A stretch of 34,093 bases of DNA from Chloroflexia bacterium. GTDB taxonomy: Bacteria > Chloroflexota > Chloroflexia > Thermomicrobiales > JALYUS01. Numbering within the stretch: the first letter of the stretch is position 1; each line of letters starts with the position of its first letter. The stretch spans positions 1-34,093 of the forward strand of contig JAICJW010000002.1 of assembly GCA_025928215.1 (NCBI GenBank), in the 5' to 3' direction. The translations under genes were made by a program, and so were the position numbers. The notes under the pieces were generated by a model, which saw only the letters and a list, made by a program, of their open reading frames with translations, did no database searches and was not told the origin of the DNA. Shown here piece after piece: positions 34,032 to 34,093 of the stretch.

Positions 34032-34093
34032 TTACGATGCCCCGGATCGCAGATCAGCGGAATCGAGCCAGATCGTCAGCGGCCCGGCATTGA
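34032..34093 (-). CDS. possible 3' end of a CDS continuing beyond the right window edge
   Basis: The minus frame is open from the window edge: NAGPLTIWLDSADLRSGAS, then TAA at 34032-34034, 54 nt upstream of the next ORF. Only 19 codons are visible, so this is weakly supported. Confidence 0.25.
   Translation of the reverse strand, partial: NAGPLTIWLDSADLRSGAS

Noticed and set aside
1-34093. Scan for tRNA/rRNA genes, transposases, integrases, phage genes and att-like flanking repeats
   Set aside because: No intergenic region shows a tRNA-like cloverleaf or T-loop consensus. No ORF shows DDE, tyrosine- or serine-recombinase motifs. The only hint of past accessory DNA is the hicA-like remnant.

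Overview
GC-rich, densely coding bacterial chromosomal segment. Third codon positions are mostly G/C, so long spurious antisense ORFs are common; I discarded them. I support 26 intact CDSs, one 5'-truncated CDS (ppk, left edge), a possible CDS tail at the right edge, and two gene remnants. Left to right: polyphosphate kinase; a small membrane protein; a minus-strand run of MoxR ATPase, ArsR-type regulator, hicA-like remnant, PNPOx-like flavoprotein, cupin and an HMGL-type (isopropylmalate/homocitrate/citramalate-synthase family) enzyme; GNAT; GT2 glycosyltransferase; a 14-TMS MFS with a repeat-bearing tail; a PaiB-like + GNAT pair; a small membrane protein; three tandem family-5 ABC substrate-binding lipoproteins with no permease/ATPase genes (the middle copy is interrupted by an in-frame TAG); a 12-TMS MFS; ketopantoate reductase; a PBP2-type transpeptidase; a DRTGG/BioD-like protein; a Tat-signal N-acetylmuramoyl-L-alanine amidase; a SpoIIM/DUF95-like membrane protein; RidA; a RodZ-like protein; and three large co-directional ORFs with no assignable function. 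I recognised no rRNA, tRNA, CRISPR array, transposase or integrase. Lipoprotein SBPs with long Ala/Thr/Ser tethers, G-rich palindromic intergenic elements and the gene content suggest a Chloroflexota-like organism, but that is inference only. Most interesting are: the unassigned three-gene block upstream of rodZ, which includes a protein with duplicated terminal Cys modules; the SBP paralog array (nonsense codon, 83-nt identity tract, 29-bp tandem duplication); and a heptamer-built 23-bp hairpin that fills the moxR-arsR spacer.
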